A stretch of 64,000 nucleotides of DNA from the human T2T-CHM13v2.0 reference genome, Homo sapiens. Made by a program: the position numbers and the translations under genes. Every line of letters starts with the position of its first letter. The stretch's first letter is position 1. Positions 63,762-64,000 of the stretch are shown here, one piece after another. The notes beneath the pieces are model-generated. The model did not search any database and was not told the origin of the DNA. It saw nothing but the letters and a program-made list of their open reading frames with translations. Where the stretch lies: NCBI RefSeq assembly GCF_009914755.1, contig NC_060926.1; one strand, 5' to 3'.

Positions 63762-64000
63762 TCAACTTAAATAGCCTAGTGCCCTTCTTTAAACCTAATT
63801 TTCCTATCGCTACCCCCACTTGTTTTTTAAAATTATAAGTCAACAAATATTTATTATGCCCTTATTATGTAGATGATAAACATCAAAAGCTTTTGAAATG
63901 TGCATTTCTTTGAACCTGTAATTTTTTGTTTTTTTTTAACTTTAAAAAAATTGTGGTAAAAGATATCTAATATCAAATTTACCATTTTAACCGTTTTCAA

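Overview
Human (primate) genomic DNA, recognisable as the HIBCH/INPP1 region (2q32.2). The minus strand carries HIBCH coding exons 1-6 (35321 down to 3187; the gene continues left of the window), all with GT-AG introns and a continuous frame. A second CpG island at about 59.1-59.9 kb is the promoter and first non-coding exon of a plus-strand gene, INPP1 by known gene order. The rest is dense in Alu, L1, MaLR/ERV LTR and Tigger/MER elements. Main observations: (1) a heavily decayed, apparently non-processed MGAT4C-like (GT54) glycosyltransferase gene at about 41.8-43.1 kb; (2) the HIBCH initiator codon is ACG, not ATG, on this haplotype; (3) an in-frame alternative HIBCH 5' end from the INPP1 island through a 144-nt exon; (4) a TSD-flanked polyadenylated retrocopy of non-L1/Alu sequence inside an MLT1 LTR; (5) an LTR10-type solo LTR with a p53 element nested in an Alu nested in MER5A; (6) a locally templated ~100-bp insertion in an L1. 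Repeat subfamily names and protein comparisons come from manual recognition and remembered sequences, not from searches; repeat boundaries are approximate unless TSDs are cited.
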